Positions 50,126-60,545 of a stretch of DNA of 64,000 nucleotides are shown in pieces (within the stretch, counting starts at the first letter, position 1; every line of letters starts with the position of its first letter). Below the pieces are notes generated by a model that had not been told where the DNA came from, did not search any database, and worked only from the letters and a program-made list of their open reading frames with translations. The stretch covers positions 11,595-75,594 of the forward strand of contig CAYPZP010000002.1 in assembly GCA_964415285.1 (NCBI GenBank), in the 5' to 3' direction. The position numbers and the translations under genes are program-made. Source of the stretch: an uncultured Halomonas sp. Lineage in GTDB: Bacteria > Pseudomonadota > Gammaproteobacteria > Xanthomonadales > Wenzhouxiangellaceae.

Positions 50126-51859
50126 GTGCATACCGTATCGATCGCCATCTCAGGCAGCGGCGGCGCCGGCGTCATGACCGCCGGCGAACTGCTGCTCGAC
50201 GCCGCCGCACGCGCCGGCCACTTCGGCTGCATGTCGCGCAGCTTCGGCCCGCAGATCCGCGGCGGCGAAGCGGCCGCGCTGCTGCGGCTGGGTTCGCGGC
50301 CGGTCGAAAGCCCGGACGACGCCTTCGATCTGCTCATCGCGCTGGACTGGGGCAACATCGAGCGCTTCGCCGAGGAAATGCCGCTGACGGCCGAAAGCCG
50401 CGTGGTGTCGGATGCCAGCGAGGACGAGCTGCCCGCCGTCATCGCCGATACCGGCGCGCGGCACCAGGCGCTGGCCCTTTCCGATACCGCGAAGTCCGTG
50501 CCCGGCGGGCGCGCCAACCTGGTTGCGCTGGGCTTCGTTGCGCGCGCCGTCGGCATTGCGGAAGAACATGTGGACGCGGCGATTCGCGCGCGCTTCGGCC
50601 GGCACGGGGCGCGCATCCTCGCGGCCGCGCTGGCCGGCCGAGCCGCCGGTGCCGCGCTGGAGGCCGAACCGCTGGTCCAGGCGCTGCCCGCAACCGACGA
50701 AGCGGCCGGCGAACGCTGGAGCCTCAGCGGCAACGAGGCCGCCGGTCTCGGCGCCGTGCGCGGCGGCGTGCGCTTCTGCGCGGCCTACCCGATCACGCCG
50801 GCCACCGATCTGCTGGAGTGGCTGGCCAGCGCCCTGCCCCGCGTCGGCGGCATGCTGATGCAGGCCGAGGACGAATTGGCCTCCATCAACATGTGCCTGG
50901 GAGCCAGCTTCGGCGGCACGCCCGCGCTCACCGCCACTTCGGGACCGGGACTATCGCTGATGATGGAAACGATCGGCCTGGCGGTGGCGTCCGAAACACC
51001 GCTGGTCGTCGTCGACGTGATGCGCGGCGGCCCCTCGACCGGCATCCCGACCAAGTCCGAGCAGACCGATCTCGACATCGCTGTGCACGGCCTGCACGGC
51101 GATGCGCCGCACCCGGTGCTGGCGCCGCTGGACACGGCCGACGGCATCTTCACCACGCAGTGGGCGGTGCAACTGGCCGAGCAACTGCAGACCGCGGTGC
51201 TGGTGTTGTCCGACCAGGCCCTGGCGCAGTCGCGCACCATCGTCGACCGACCGCGGCGCAGCAAGCTGGCAGCCGAGCGCGCACAGGCCGAAGCGCGGGC
51301 CGACTCGGGTTACCGACGCTACGCGATCACCGACAGCGGCGTCTCGCCGATGGCCCGCCCGGGTACACCCGGTACGCTGTACACGGCCGAAGGTCTGGAG
51401 CACGATTCCGGCGGCCGGCCTTCGGCGCGCTCGACCGACCACGTTGCTCAGCTCGACAAGCGCCGGCACAAGCTCGTGGATCACGACTACGGCGCCGGCT
51501 GGGCCGAGATCGACGGCGACGGCGCGCTGGCGGTGATCACCTGGGGCTCGTCGACCCGGCCGGTGCGCGAGGCTGTCGACCGGCTGCGCAACGACGGCGT
51601 CTCGGTGCGACTCATCGCACTCCGACTGCTGTGGCCGGCCCGGCCGATGCGCATGGCCCAGGCGCTTTCAGGCGCCCGGCGCGCCCTCGTCATCGAGCAG
51701 AACCACTCCGGCCAGCTCTACCGGCTGCTGCGCGCCGAGTACGCATTCGGGATGGAGACGTTCGCCATTCACCGCCCCGGCCCGCTGCCGCTGCGACCGG
51801 GGGAGCTGGCCGACTGCATCCTCTCGCACCATCCGGATCGCGAGGAGATGCCGGCATGA
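50126..51859 (+). CDS. 2-oxoacid:acceptor oxidoreductase alpha subunit (gamma-alpha fusion)
   Basis: GSGGAGV, QIRGG, SGNEA, YPITPAT, QAEDE, TSGPG, RGGPSTGIPT, EQN.SGQ; GTG start inferred. Confidence 0.93.
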   Translation: MHTVSIAISGSGGAGVMTAGELLLDAAARAGHFGCMSRSFGPQIRGGEAAALLRLGSRPVESPDDAFDLLIALDWGNIERFAEEMPLTAESRVVSDASEDELPAVIADTGARHQALALSDTAKSVPGGRANLVALGFVARAVGIAEEHVDAAIRARFGRHGARILAAALAGRAAGAALEAEPLVQALPATDEAAGERWSLSGNEAAGLGAVRGGVRFCAAYPITPATDLLEWLASALPRVGGMLMQAEDELASINMCLGASFGGTPALTATSGPGLSLMMETIGLAVASETPLVVVDVMRGGPSTGIPTKSEQTDLDIAVHGLHGDAPHPVLAPLDTADGIFTTQWAVQLAEQLQTAVLVLSDQALAQSRTIVDRPRRSKLAAERAQAEARADSGYRRYAITDSGVSPMARPGTPGTLYTAEGLEHDSGGRPSARSTDHVAQLDKRRHKLVDHDYGAGWAEIDGDGALAVITWGSSTRPVREAVDRLRNDGVSVRLIALRLLWPARPMRMAQALSGARRALVIEQNHSGQLYRLLRAEYAFGMETFAIHRPGPLPLRPGELADCILSHHPDREEMPA

Positions 51860-52698
51860 GCGGCGAGGACCGAGCGCTGCGCCCCCGGGACTACAAATCG
51901 GAGGTCCACCCGGTCTGGTGTCCGGGTTGCGGTGATTTCGGCGTCCTCAATGCGCTGTCCAAGACCTTCGCAACCGAGGAACTGCCGCCCGAACGGATCG
52001 CGTTGATCTCGGGCATCGGGTGCTCTTCCCGGCTGCCGGCCTACATGCATGCCTACGGCTTCCACGGCGTGCACGGACGCGCGCTGCCGCTGGCCACCGG
52101 CGTGGCGGTGTCGCGACCGAACCTGACGGTCATCGCCGTCTCCGGCGACGGCGATGGATTCTCGATCGGCGGCAATCATTTCCTGCACGCCTGCCGGCGC
52201 AACGTCGATTTCACCTGGATCGTCATGGACAACGCCGTTTACGGCATGACCAAGGGCCAGGCCTCGCCGACCACCGAAGCCGACTGGACCGGCAGCAAGC
52301 TCACGCCCGAAGGCAGTCACCTGGCGCCGCTTCAGCCGCTGGAGATCGCGCTGGCCGCCGGCTGCGGATTCATCGCGCGTGAGTTCTCGGGCAACCCGAA
52401 CGGATTGAGCCGGCGGATCGCCGAGGCGATCGCGCATCCGGGGTTCGCGTTCATCCAGATCATCGCGCCGTGCATCACCTATCGCCCCGAACAGATGGGC
52501 TACAAGAAACAGGTAAAGGCCGGATTCGAACCCACCGAAGACCGCCGAGAAGCCTACGCCCAGCTTCTCGATGGCGGACCGCTGACCACCGGTTTGCTGT
52601 ACCGCACCCGGTTGCCGCAGTGGCAACCCGAAGCACGCCGCGAAGAGCCGGCCGAAGCGCTGGATGCCGACTTCGTCGTCGGCGGGGGCACGCGATGA
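51856..52698 (+). CDS. 2-oxoacid:acceptor oxidoreductase beta subunit (TPP-binding)
   Basis: WCPGCGD, SGIGCS, HGR, GDGD...DN.VYGMTKGQ.SPT; ATGA overlap with the alpha gene. Confidence 0.94.
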   Translation: MSGEDRALRPRDYKSEVHPVWCPGCGDFGVLNALSKTFATEELPPERIALISGIGCSSRLPAYMHAYGFHGVHGRALPLATGVAVSRPNLTVIAVSGDGDGFSIGGNHFLHACRRNVDFTWIVMDNAVYGMTKGQASPTTEADWTGSKLTPEGSHLAPLQPLEIALAAGCGFIAREFSGNPNGLSRRIAEAIAHPGFAFIQIIAPCITYRPEQMGYKKQVKAGFEPTEDRREAYAQLLDGGPLTTGLLYRTRLPQWQPEARREEPAEALDADFVVGGGTR

Positions 52699-53201
52699 AC
52701 GACCTCAGACTGTTCCTGTCGCACGCCGTGGCGCTGGAAGGCGACGCCGCCGAGCGCTACCACGAATTGAACGAGGCGCTGGACACCCACAACAACCGCG
52801 AGGTCGCCGAACTGTTCCAGCGCATGGAACACTATTCCAATCTTCATCTTGCCGAGGCCCGCGAACGCGCCGAGGCCCTCGGCGGCGTCATTCGTCTCAA
52901 ACCCTGGGAATTCCAGTGGGGGCACGCCGAAAGCCCGGAGTCGGCCGAGATGGAGGCCAGCCATTACCTGATGACCCCGCATCACGCGCTGAAGCTTGCC
53001 CTCGCCGCCGAGAACAGCGCGCACGCGTTCTACGACGGGGTCCGGGCCGTGACCACGCACCCGAAAGTCCGGGTACTGGCCGGCGAGTTCGCCGAGGAAG
53101 AAGCTGGCCACGCGGCCGAACTCGAGCGCTGGCTGGAACAATACCCCGAGCCCGATCCCGACTGGGACCACGACCCGGACCCGCCCATGGAGGTGGATTG
53201 A
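52695..53201 (+). CDS. Ferritin-like/rubrerythrin-family protein
   Basis: A.ALE..A..RY, ALAAE..A..FY, EEEAGH; ATGA overlap with the beta gene. Confidence 0.85.
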   Translation: MNDLRLFLSHAVALEGDAAERYHELNEALDTHNNREVAELFQRMEHYSNLHLAEARERAEALGGVIRLKPWEFQWGHAESPESAEMEASHYLMTPHHALKLALAAENSAHAFYDGVRAVTTHPKVRVLAGEFAEEEAGHAAELERWLEQYPEPDPDWDHDPDPPMEVD

Positions 53202-53222
53202 CCGAGCGGATCTTACGGCGTC

Positions 53223-53819
53223 TCAGTCGCGCTGCATGTCGTTGATCGGAATCGTGGTGATCGGCAGCCCGATCGCATCCGAGCGCGTGCGCGACTGGAT
53301 GACCGGGCCCCGATCCTCGGTCCCGGTGGCGCCGACGAAGTAATACATCTCAGCGATGCCGTGAAACTGCTCGAGCGTCAGCAGGTCGATCTGCGCCCCT
53401 TCGTCCAGACCGGGCACGAAGCCGAGCGGCAGGTAGAAACCCTTGGTGTCGCGGTTGGTGCCCAGCGCGGTATAGAACACGTTGATGGTCGCATCGGCCG
53501 CTTCGGCTGCGCCCACCACCTGTAGATCGAAACGACGCGCCAGCGCCACGGCCAGGCGGCGGTCGGCATAGCGCCGCAGCGCATCGTCGGCCACGAAATG
53601 ACTCTGCAGGTGCACCCGCCGGTCGCGCAACGCGGCAAAGTCTTCGGCCGGCAGGCGCTGGACAAGATCATTCACGCTGTGGCTGAGCAGGCGCTGCGCG
53701 GTCGCACCGGTCAACGAGTCCTGCGCCTGTCGGGCGGCGCAGCCGACCAGCAGCAGGAAGGACAAGGACAGGACCGCGGCGCGCGCCGCGACGCGAGAGA
53801 AACGGATCGGTAGCAGCAT
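53223..53819 (-). CDS. Hypothetical lipoprotein
   Basis: Lipobox LVGC; TGATAQRLLS motif. Confidence 0.7.
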   Translation of the reverse strand: MLLPIRFSRVAARAAVLSLSFLLLVGCAARQAQDSLTGATAQRLLSHSVNDLVQRLPAEDFAALRDRRVHLQSHFVADDALRRYADRRLAVALARRFDLQVVGAAEAADATINVFYTALGTNRDTKGFYLPLGFVPGLDEGAQIDLLTLEQFHGIAEMYYFVGATGTEDRGPVIQSRTRSDAIGLPITTIPINDMQRD

Positions 53820-53983
53820 GTTGTTCGCTTTGAACGGCGAATGAAGATTCACGGTAACGCACTTCCCGTGACCGCCGGCGGCGGCGGGCTTCGTCGTATT
53901 GCTGCTTTCCGGCTACGCGATCTCGCACCCTGGCGGGCCATGGCCGACGCGCTGTTCCCGTGACAGCGACTCCGGCGCGCCGA

Positions 53984-55327
53984 TCAGCGCATCGCCTCGA
54001 TGACCTGCGCCAGCAACCGGTAGGCGCCGGAGCCGGTGAAATGGGTCGCACCCAGGCGGACCACGACCAAACCGTGCTGGGGCGCGATGAATGCGCTCTG
54101 CCCCTGGAACCCGTTCATGAAATAGGCGCCGCCGGGGACCGATTCCTGGTGCCCGGGAACGATCCAGAAGCCCATGCCGTACGGGTCGTTGCGGCCGCCG
54201 GTCGATCCCGGCGTGGGCGCTCGCACCAGCTCGTCCCAGTATCCGGGCAGGATTCTCCGCCCCTGGCGGATGCCGTCGTCGAGGTACAGCTGGGCCAGGC
54301 GCGCCCAGTCCGTGGCGCTGGCATACAGGTACGAGGAGCCCTGGAACGTGCCGCGCTCATCGACCTCCATGACCGCGGTGTGCATTTCGAGCGGCCGGAA
54401 CAAGCGCTCACGCAGCGCCTCGATCTGCGTCGGCAGTTCCTCGCCCAGGCGATCCTGCAGCGCGCGCGCAGCCAGCACCGTGCTGCCGCTTTCGTAAGCG
54501 AAGCGCTCGCCCGGCGGCGCCAGCCTCGGTCGACGGGCCGCCCAGCCGGCCATGTCCGACTCGGTGAACAGCATGTCCGAGTTCGGATCGCGACCACTCT
54601 GGTTCTCGACCAGGTCCAGCCCGGCGGTCATGCGCAGCAGCTGTTCCAGCGTGGTCGACTCCAACCCCGGCGCGTCGAAGATCCCGGGCGCATCGAGCAT
54701 CACCTCACCGCGCTGGACCATCGCGCCGGCCAGCGTGGCAATCACGCTCTTGGTCATCGACCAGCCGTGCAGCGGCGTGACCGGCCCGATGCCTTCGGCG
54801 TATCGTTCGGCGACCAGGCGGCCGTCGTGCAGGACCACCGCAGCCAGCGTGTTGCGGCCCCCTTCGGCCGGCTCCTCGAATGCCCGGTCCATCGCCGCGC
54901 GCAGCGCAACGGTATCGAAGACGGCATCGCGGTGCGCCGCATCCAGCATCATCGGCACGGCGCCGTCCGACGCCGGCAAGGCCAGCTCGCGGTCGAAGCT
55001 TCGCCCGTCGTGCACCAGCGAGCAGCCCAGTCCTTCCCGGAACACGGCGCGCTGGCGATACAGCCCGAACAGGCGCGCGCGAACTTCGCGTTGTTCGGTA
55101 TGCACGCGCGCCGAAATCAATCCGTCGAACGGCGACAGCAGCGGATCGATGTACAGCGAGCGGGCGCGTTCCGGCGCCAGACCGCTGACGAAATGCAGCG
55201 AGCAGACCTGTTTGGCGGTGATGCCGGTCGCCGTCGGCAGATAGATCCGGTGCCACGACGAGCCGGTGAAGACGAACGCCGCGACCAGCATGACAGCGAT
55301 GACTGCGAACAGCAGGTACTTGCGCAT
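53984..55327 (-). CDS. Serine hydrolase, beta-lactamase/class C-like family
   Basis: WSMTKS (SxxK), LL.M..GL, PG..F.Y.SG, GFQGQ, LVVVRLG; N-terminal signal anchor; GGAG RBS. Confidence 0.88.
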   Translation of the reverse strand: MRKYLLFAVIAVMLVAAFVFTGSSWHRIYLPTATGITAKQVCSLHFVSGLAPERARSLYIDPLLSPFDGLISARVHTEQREVRARLFGLYRQRAVFREGLGCSLVHDGRSFDRELALPASDGAVPMMLDAAHRDAVFDTVALRAAMDRAFEEPAEGGRNTLAAVVLHDGRLVAERYAEGIGPVTPLHGWSMTKSVIATLAGAMVQRGEVMLDAPGIFDAPGLESTTLEQLLRMTAGLDLVENQSGRDPNSDMLFTESDMAGWAARRPRLAPPGERFAYESGSTVLAARALQDRLGEELPTQIEALRERLFRPLEMHTAVMEVDERGTFQGSSYLYASATDWARLAQLYLDDGIRQGRRILPGYWDELVRAPTPGSTGGRNDPYGMGFWIVPGHQESVPGGAYFMNGFQGQSAFIAPQHGLVVVRLGATHFTGSGAYRLLAQVIEAMR

Positions 55328-55453
55328 CCAATTCGCTCCGACCAAAAGCGGGCATCATAATCGAGACGAATGACTTAAGGACTATTGGTTCCGGATCTCC
55401 GATCTGATAGCTTGACAAACCTGATTCGCGGACCCGCCAACCGGGAGACCAGC

Positions 55454-56209
55454 ATGAAAGCACCTCGCACGCTCGCATTGCACCGGCGCCTCGGCTTGGC
55501 GCTTGCCGCGGCCGCAGTCCTCGGTGGATGCACGATGACGCAGCCTGCGCTGCAGGAAACGCGCGAGCTCGAGTTGTCGATTGCGCCCGACGGTCTCCTT
55601 TCGATCAATGCCGGCGCCGGCTCCATGGCGCTCGAAGGAGAGCCCGGCAGCGAAGCGATCCGAGTCACCGCCGAGATCTACCAGGTCGAGCCCAACGACC
55701 ACTACACGCTGAGGCTCGAAACCACCGAAGACGGCAGCGCCCGACTGGTCGCGATCGCGGGCGACCGGAGGGCGCCCGGCAGCGACCGCATCGACCTGTC
55801 GATCCGGGTACCCGATTCGCTGCGGATCGATGTCAACGATGGCTCCGGCAGCCTTCGCATCGAGAACCTGCGCGCCCGGCTGGAGATCGAGGACGGCTCG
55901 GGCAGCATGGACATTTCCGGCATCGATGCCGATGTCGTCGTCGATGACGGATCGGGCTCGATTCGCCTCGTCGACATCGGCGGCAGCGTCGAGATCGAAG
56001 ATGGTTCGGGCAGCATGACGATCGAACGGGTCGCAGGCGACCTGGCCATCGACGATGGTGCGGGCAGCATCACCGCGCGCGACATCGGCGGCACCGTATC
56101 GGTCGACGACGGTTCCGGCAGCATCAACGTCCACGATGCCGGGGATTTCGAACTGATCGACGACGGTTCCGGCAGCGTCAACCTCGACAACATTCGCAGC
56201 CGCGACTAG
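55454..56209 (+). CDS. DUF4097-like beta-strand repeat lipoprotein
   Basis: Lipobox LGGC; about seven 19-aa DGSG/DGAG repeats. Confidence 0.85.
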   Translation: MKAPRTLALHRRLGLALAAAAVLGGCTMTQPALQETRELELSIAPDGLLSINAGAGSMALEGEPGSEAIRVTAEIYQVEPNDHYTLRLETTEDGSARLVAIAGDRRAPGSDRIDLSIRVPDSLRIDVNDGSGSLRIENLRARLEIEDGSGSMDISGIDADVVVDDGSGSIRLVDIGGSVEIEDGSGSMTIERVAGDLAIDDGAGSITARDIGGTVSVDDGSGSINVHDAGDFELIDDGSGSVNLDNIRSRD

Positions 56210-56263
56210 AGCCGTCGCGTCGGCGGCCTGCCAGCCGCCGACGGTTCACGGCAGTTCGACGAC

Positions 56264-57589
56264 TCAGCGGCCGGCGGCCGGGTCCGTGGCACACCGGAAG
56301 TTGCGGTTCGCGCGTTTTTCCAGCGGCATCGCCTGGAACTCCCGGGCCAGCGAGGTTCCGGCGATTTCGTAGCGCACCGTTGCCTGATCGCAGGCCGAGA
56401 ATTCCATCGTCAACGTACCGACCTCGACCGTGTCCTGGCCGGCCTGCGGCGGCTGATCGAAGCGCCCACCGGTCGATGCGAACAGCGGTCCGGTCGCGGT
56501 ATCGCCGTCGACGGTCAGCTGCGCCGTCAGCCAGCGGTTGTCCGTCGCGCCGATATTTCCGAACTCCGGATCGGGGATCGACTCGGAAGGATCGACGTAG
56601 GTGAACCAGGTGACGAACAGCAGGTCCGCGAACGCCATGTAGTCCAGGCTGAGACCCTGCGCGTTTCCGGCGGTTTCCTCCTCGGCGCTCACCCACTGCC
56701 CTTCGGCGTGGCGCTCGACGTCGAAGGCCTCGGGCGCTTCCTCGTTGCACTGCGTGGCGTCGCTCAGGTCCGACTGCTGGCAGTGGGCCACGTAATCGAC
56801 TTCCATCACCGCCTGGGTCAGATCGGGATCGATCGCGCCGCCGAGGTTGCCGCCCATGGCCACGTTGAGCAGGACGAACATCGGTTCCTCATAGACGGGA
56901 CAGCCCTGCAGGTTGTAGCTGGCCACTTCCTCGTCGTCCATGAAAAAGCGCATCTCGTCGGCCGTCCATTCCATCGCATAGACGTGCCAGTCGAGCACGT
57001 CGACGGCGCCGTTCGCGTACGGCGTCCGCGTTTCGAAGCCGCAGGCGAAACCGATCGTGTTGAAGAAGTTGATGATGTAGCTGTCCGGATTGTTGCCGTA
57101 CCACTCCCACACGTCGATCTCGGACGCACCCGGATTGGGCCAGCCGACGTTGTCTCCGTCGCCGGCGATCGGCTGTTCGTCGATGCGGTTTTCGAGCATC
57201 CAGAACGCCGGCCAGGTTCCGCCTTCGAGGTTGTGGAAACGAATTCGCGCCTCGACACGGCCATACAGGAACTCGCGCTTGTCCTTACTGTTGAGGCGAC
57301 CCGAAGTCCAGGACTTGAACGCGCCGTTCAGGCCCGGGCAGTCGACGCCCTGACGCCGCGCGATGATCTTCAGCGTACCGTCGGAGACCTCGTAGTTCCG
57401 ATCGGCCGACGAATCATCGTCGGTATAGCACTGGACCTCGTTGTTGAAATTCGCCTGGGTCTGCGCGGTCCAGTTGTTCCAGTCCACGCCGTCGCCGTCG
57501 AAGCGGTCGATCCACTGCACTTGCCAACCGGCCGATGCGGTTCCGGTCGCGCCAAGCAACAGGATGAGCTTGTAAAAGGTCCGAAGCAT
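56264..57589 (-). CDS. GH16 glycoside hydrolase (laminarinase-like) with an extra C-terminal domain
   Basis: NNEVQCY, TSGRL, YGRVEAR, WPAFWM, EIDVWE catalytic motif, WHVY..EW, LNVAMGG; signal peptide. Confidence 0.9.
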   Translation of the reverse strand: MLRTFYKLILLLGATGTASAGWQVQWIDRFDGDGVDWNNWTAQTQANFNNEVQCYTDDDSSADRNYEVSDGTLKIIARRQGVDCPGLNGAFKSWTSGRLNSKDKREFLYGRVEARIRFHNLEGGTWPAFWMLENRIDEQPIAGDGDNVGWPNPGASEIDVWEWYGNNPDSYIINFFNTIGFACGFETRTPYANGAVDVLDWHVYAMEWTADEMRFFMDDEEVASYNLQGCPVYEEPMFVLLNVAMGGNLGGAIDPDLTQAVMEVDYVAHCQQSDLSDATQCNEEAPEAFDVERHAEGQWVSAEEETAGNAQGLSLDYMAFADLLFVTWFTYVDPSESIPDPEFGNIGATDNRWLTAQLTVDGDTATGPLFASTGGRFDQPPQAGQDTVEVGTLTMEFSACDQATVRYEIAGTSLAREFQAMPLEKRANRNFRCATDPAAGR

Positions 57590-57708
57590 TGGGCTGATCA
57601 CGTGTGAAGACAACGCTGTCAATTCTGGCACAAGCGTCGTTTCCGTGCATCCCCTTGATGCAAGAGCGCCCTCCCGAACCTCCGGCGGCCGAGCGGCGCG
57701 GGCCGGGG

Positions 57709-59757
57709 CTACTGTCCGTCGACGTCGTGGCGCTCGAACCAGGCCAGGATATTGTCGATCTTCGCGATCAGCCGCGACGGTCGGCTGGCGATGCCGTGCG
57801 AGGTCTCGGGCAGACGCACCATGACGGTTTCGACGCGCGCCAGCTTCAGCGCCTGGTAGTACTGCTCGGTTTCCGACATCGGCGTGCGGAAATCGTCCTC
57901 GCCGGTGATCAGCAGCGTCGGCGTCGTGACGTTGCCGACCAGCGAAAGCGGCGAGCGCTTCCAGTAGTGCTCGAACTCCTCCCACGGCAGACCCGGAAAC
58001 TGGTGCGCGATCTGGCCCGGGTAGTAGTCGCCGGTCAGCGTCTTGGAAATCCAGTTGATCACCGGCTTGGCCACCGCCGCGGCGCGGAAGCGGTCGGTCA
58101 GACCGATCGCGTAGGCGCTGGCGATACCGCCGGCCGAACCGCCGGTGATGAACAGCCGATCCGGATCGACGAAACCCGTTTCGATCATCGCATCGATGCC
58201 GGACATGTGATCGCCGAAGTCCTCCTCCGACGAATACTTGTATTCCAGCAGCATGCCGAATTCACGGCCGTAGCCCGAAGAACCGCGGTGATTGTCGTAG
58301 AACACGACGTATCCGTCGGCGGCGAAGCGCTGCATCTCGGCCGAGAAGTGCGGCCCGTACGCCAGGTGCGGACCGCCGTGGATCTCGAGGATCAGCGGAT
58401 ACTGCTTCTCCGGATCGAAGTCTGGCGGCGTCAGGTACCAGCCCTGGATCTCGGTGCCGTCAACCGACGATTCATAGACGATCTCGTGGACATCGGCCAG
58501 GTTTCGCCGACCGAGCAGGTTGCCGTTGAGATCGGTCAGCTTCCGGGCCTCGCCTCGACGCGGCTTGATCCAGACGTCGGCCGGCGTCTTTTCGGTGCCC
58601 AGGGTGTAGGCGATCGCACCGTTTTCGGCCACCGCGAAGTCGCCGCTGGTGTAGGGGCGACCGACGGTGGTACCGTTGATGCCCTCGATCAGGGTCTCGA
58701 TGTCGCCATCGAGTTCAATTCGCCCGACCTTGCGCCAGCCCCGGTCGGTGAAATGGAAATAGATCGAATCACCGTCGTCGGCCCAGACCGGACCGTCGAT
58801 GGAACGATCGAGGTCCTGGCCCAGCAGCCTCGGGTTGCCGCCGTCGGCGTCGATCAGCCCGAGCACGTTGATCGAGTACTGCTTGCCCTGGTGATCGTCG
58901 CGCTCGAACGCAATGGTCTCGCCGTCCGGCGAAACCGCGGGTGCGGTCTCGATGCCCGGCAGGTCGGTGAGTTGCTCGATCGCGCCGCCGTCGCTGCCGA
59001 TGCGGAACAGGTCTTGCTCGGTCAGCTCGTACTGCCAGTTCTCGGATCGATTGGCGGGAAACACGATGCCGGAACCATCCGGCATCCAGGCCAGCGGGCC
59101 GCCGTGGTTGAAGTCTCCCGAGGTCAGCTGCCGCGCCGCGCCGCCGGCGGCCGGCACCACGAAGACGTGGCTGAAGCCCGGGTCCAGGTAACCGCGTCCA
59201 TCGAAGCGGTAGACGACGCTGTCGATGACCACCGGATCCGGTGCCCACTCGGCGCCCTCGGGCTTCTTCGGCGCTTCCGCCAGGGAAGGCTTCACCGCCG
59301 GCACGTGCATCGTGAATGCGATCTGCCTGCCGTCCGGCGACCAGGCCAGGGCCGACGGCGACTCGACCAGGCTGGTCACCACCGCCGTGTCGCCGGAATC
59401 CATCCAGCGCACGAACAGCTGGGCCTTGCCGTTACCGTCGCGCCCGACATAGGCCAACCGATCGCCGGACGGCGAGAAACGCGGCGACGAGTAATTGTCC
59501 CGTCCCGACAGCAGCGGCCGGTGATCGCCGCCCTCGGCGTCCACGAGCCAGATGTTCGATCGGGTCGCATCGCCCATGATGTCGTTGATCGCGCGCACGT
59601 AGGCGATGCGCTCGCCGTCGGGCGAAATCTCGACATCGGTGGCGTACTGCAGGTCGAACAGGTCGGCCGAGGTCAGACGGCCGGGTTCGTCGGCCGGCGC
59701 CGGAACCCAGGCCAGCGAAAGAATCAGGGCGGGAACCAGAATCGAAATACGCAGCAT
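57709..59757 (-). CDS. S9 family peptidase (beta-propeller plus alpha/beta hydrolase)
   Basis: SPDG repeats, IHGGP, RGSSGYG, GGSAGG, GEDDFRTP, SHG; signal peptide. Confidence 0.92.
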   Translation of the reverse strand: MLRISILVPALILSLAWVPAPADEPGRLTSADLFDLQYATDVEISPDGERIAYVRAINDIMGDATRSNIWLVDAEGGDHRPLLSGRDNYSSPRFSPSGDRLAYVGRDGNGKAQLFVRWMDSGDTAVVTSLVESPSALAWSPDGRQIAFTMHVPAVKPSLAEAPKKPEGAEWAPDPVVIDSVVYRFDGRGYLDPGFSHVFVVPAAGGAARQLTSGDFNHGGPLAWMPDGSGIVFPANRSENWQYELTEQDLFRIGSDGGAIEQLTDLPGIETAPAVSPDGETIAFERDDHQGKQYSINVLGLIDADGGNPRLLGQDLDRSIDGPVWADDGDSIYFHFTDRGWRKVGRIELDGDIETLIEGINGTTVGRPYTSGDFAVAENGAIAYTLGTEKTPADVWIKPRRGEARKLTDLNGNLLGRRNLADVHEIVYESSVDGTEIQGWYLTPPDFDPEKQYPLILEIHGGPHLAYGPHFSAEMQRFAADGYVVFYDNHRGSSGYGREFGMLLEYKYSSEEDFGDHMSGIDAMIETGFVDPDRLFITGGSAGGIASAYAIGLTDRFRAAAVAKPVINWISKTLTGDYYPGQIAHQFPGLPWEEFEHYWKRSPLSLVGNVTTPTLLITGEDDFRTPMSETEQYYQALKLARVETVMVRLPETSHGIASRPSRLIAKIDNILAWFERHDVDGQ

Positions 59758-59914
59758 GTTCGGAATCAATCGGTCGAATCGACGTTGCAGTGTACCCGAC
59801 GGACCCGCAACGCCCGGCTGCGGCCACGCCCAAGCCGGGGCGAAACCGGGCGTTACCGGATGAGTGGCCGTGATGCCGCAGCAACCGGCTTCATGGAGCC
59901 TGCCGGCCCGGTGC

Positions 59915-60481
59915 CTACCAGTCTTCGGGCAGGTCGCCGGCGCGCACCAGCCAGGTGTCGTCGGCCAGCGCCCCGCCGCTGAAACGAAGCGCTTCGGCTC
60001 GGCCGTCCGGGTCGAGGCGGAACTCGATCTCGATCGCTTCTTGGGCACCCGGGCCGACGCGCACCTGGACGAAATCGGTCTCCGTGAGCGTCTTCAGATG
60101 CCACGGTGCGACATCGCCGAACATGGCGCCCAGCATCAGGTGGCCCGGCGGCACGGGCGGGGCGCGCTCGGCCCAGGCCGGATTGCGCGCCTCGGCGACG
60201 AACCACGGGCGGCCCGGCCGCCCGGGCGCAGCAAACAGGCCGTAATAGCGCTCGGGATCCGACAGCGCGGGTCCGAGCACCGCCTCGGCGGCCGGCTCCG
60301 CCGCGGGCGCCTCGTCGGACGCTCCCCTCTCGACCGGCTCGGGCCCGGCCTCGGCCGCAATGGCAGCCTCGCCGTCGGCGGTGGCCGAGGCGCGCTGCCG
60401 GTCGGCATCGCCACCTTCACCGCAGCCGGCGGTCGCAAGCAGCAGCATCGGCAGCCAGAACGAGATCAGCCGTTTTTTCAT
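59915..60481 (-). CDS. Hypothetical lipoprotein
   Basis: Lipobox TAGC, Ala/Glu/Pro linker, GAMFGDVAPW motif; GGAGG RBS. Confidence 0.7.
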   Translation of the reverse strand: MKKRLISFWLPMLLLATAGCGEGGDADRQRASATADGEAAIAAEAGPEPVERGASDEAPAAEPAAEAVLGPALSDPERYYGLFAAPGRPGRPWFVAEARNPAWAERAPPVPPGHLMLGAMFGDVAPWHLKTLTETDFVQVRVGPGAQEAIEIEFRLDPDGRAEALRFSGGALADDTWLVRAGDLPEDW

Positions 60482-60545
60482 CCCTGCCCTCCCCGTCCGC
60501 CGGATCGCGGCGGCTTTGGGGTGAAGTTCGGAGCCGCCGACGAGC

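Noticed and set aside
49675-51855. N-terminal 727-aa extension on the oxidoreductase beta subunit
   Set aside because: Arg/Ala-rich off-frame read of the alpha gene; the real start is the ATG at 51856 with RBS and ATGA overlap.
53984-55327. True beta-lactamase
   Set aside because: SxxK serine hydrolase of the broad esterase/amidase type; no evidence of beta-lactam specificity.
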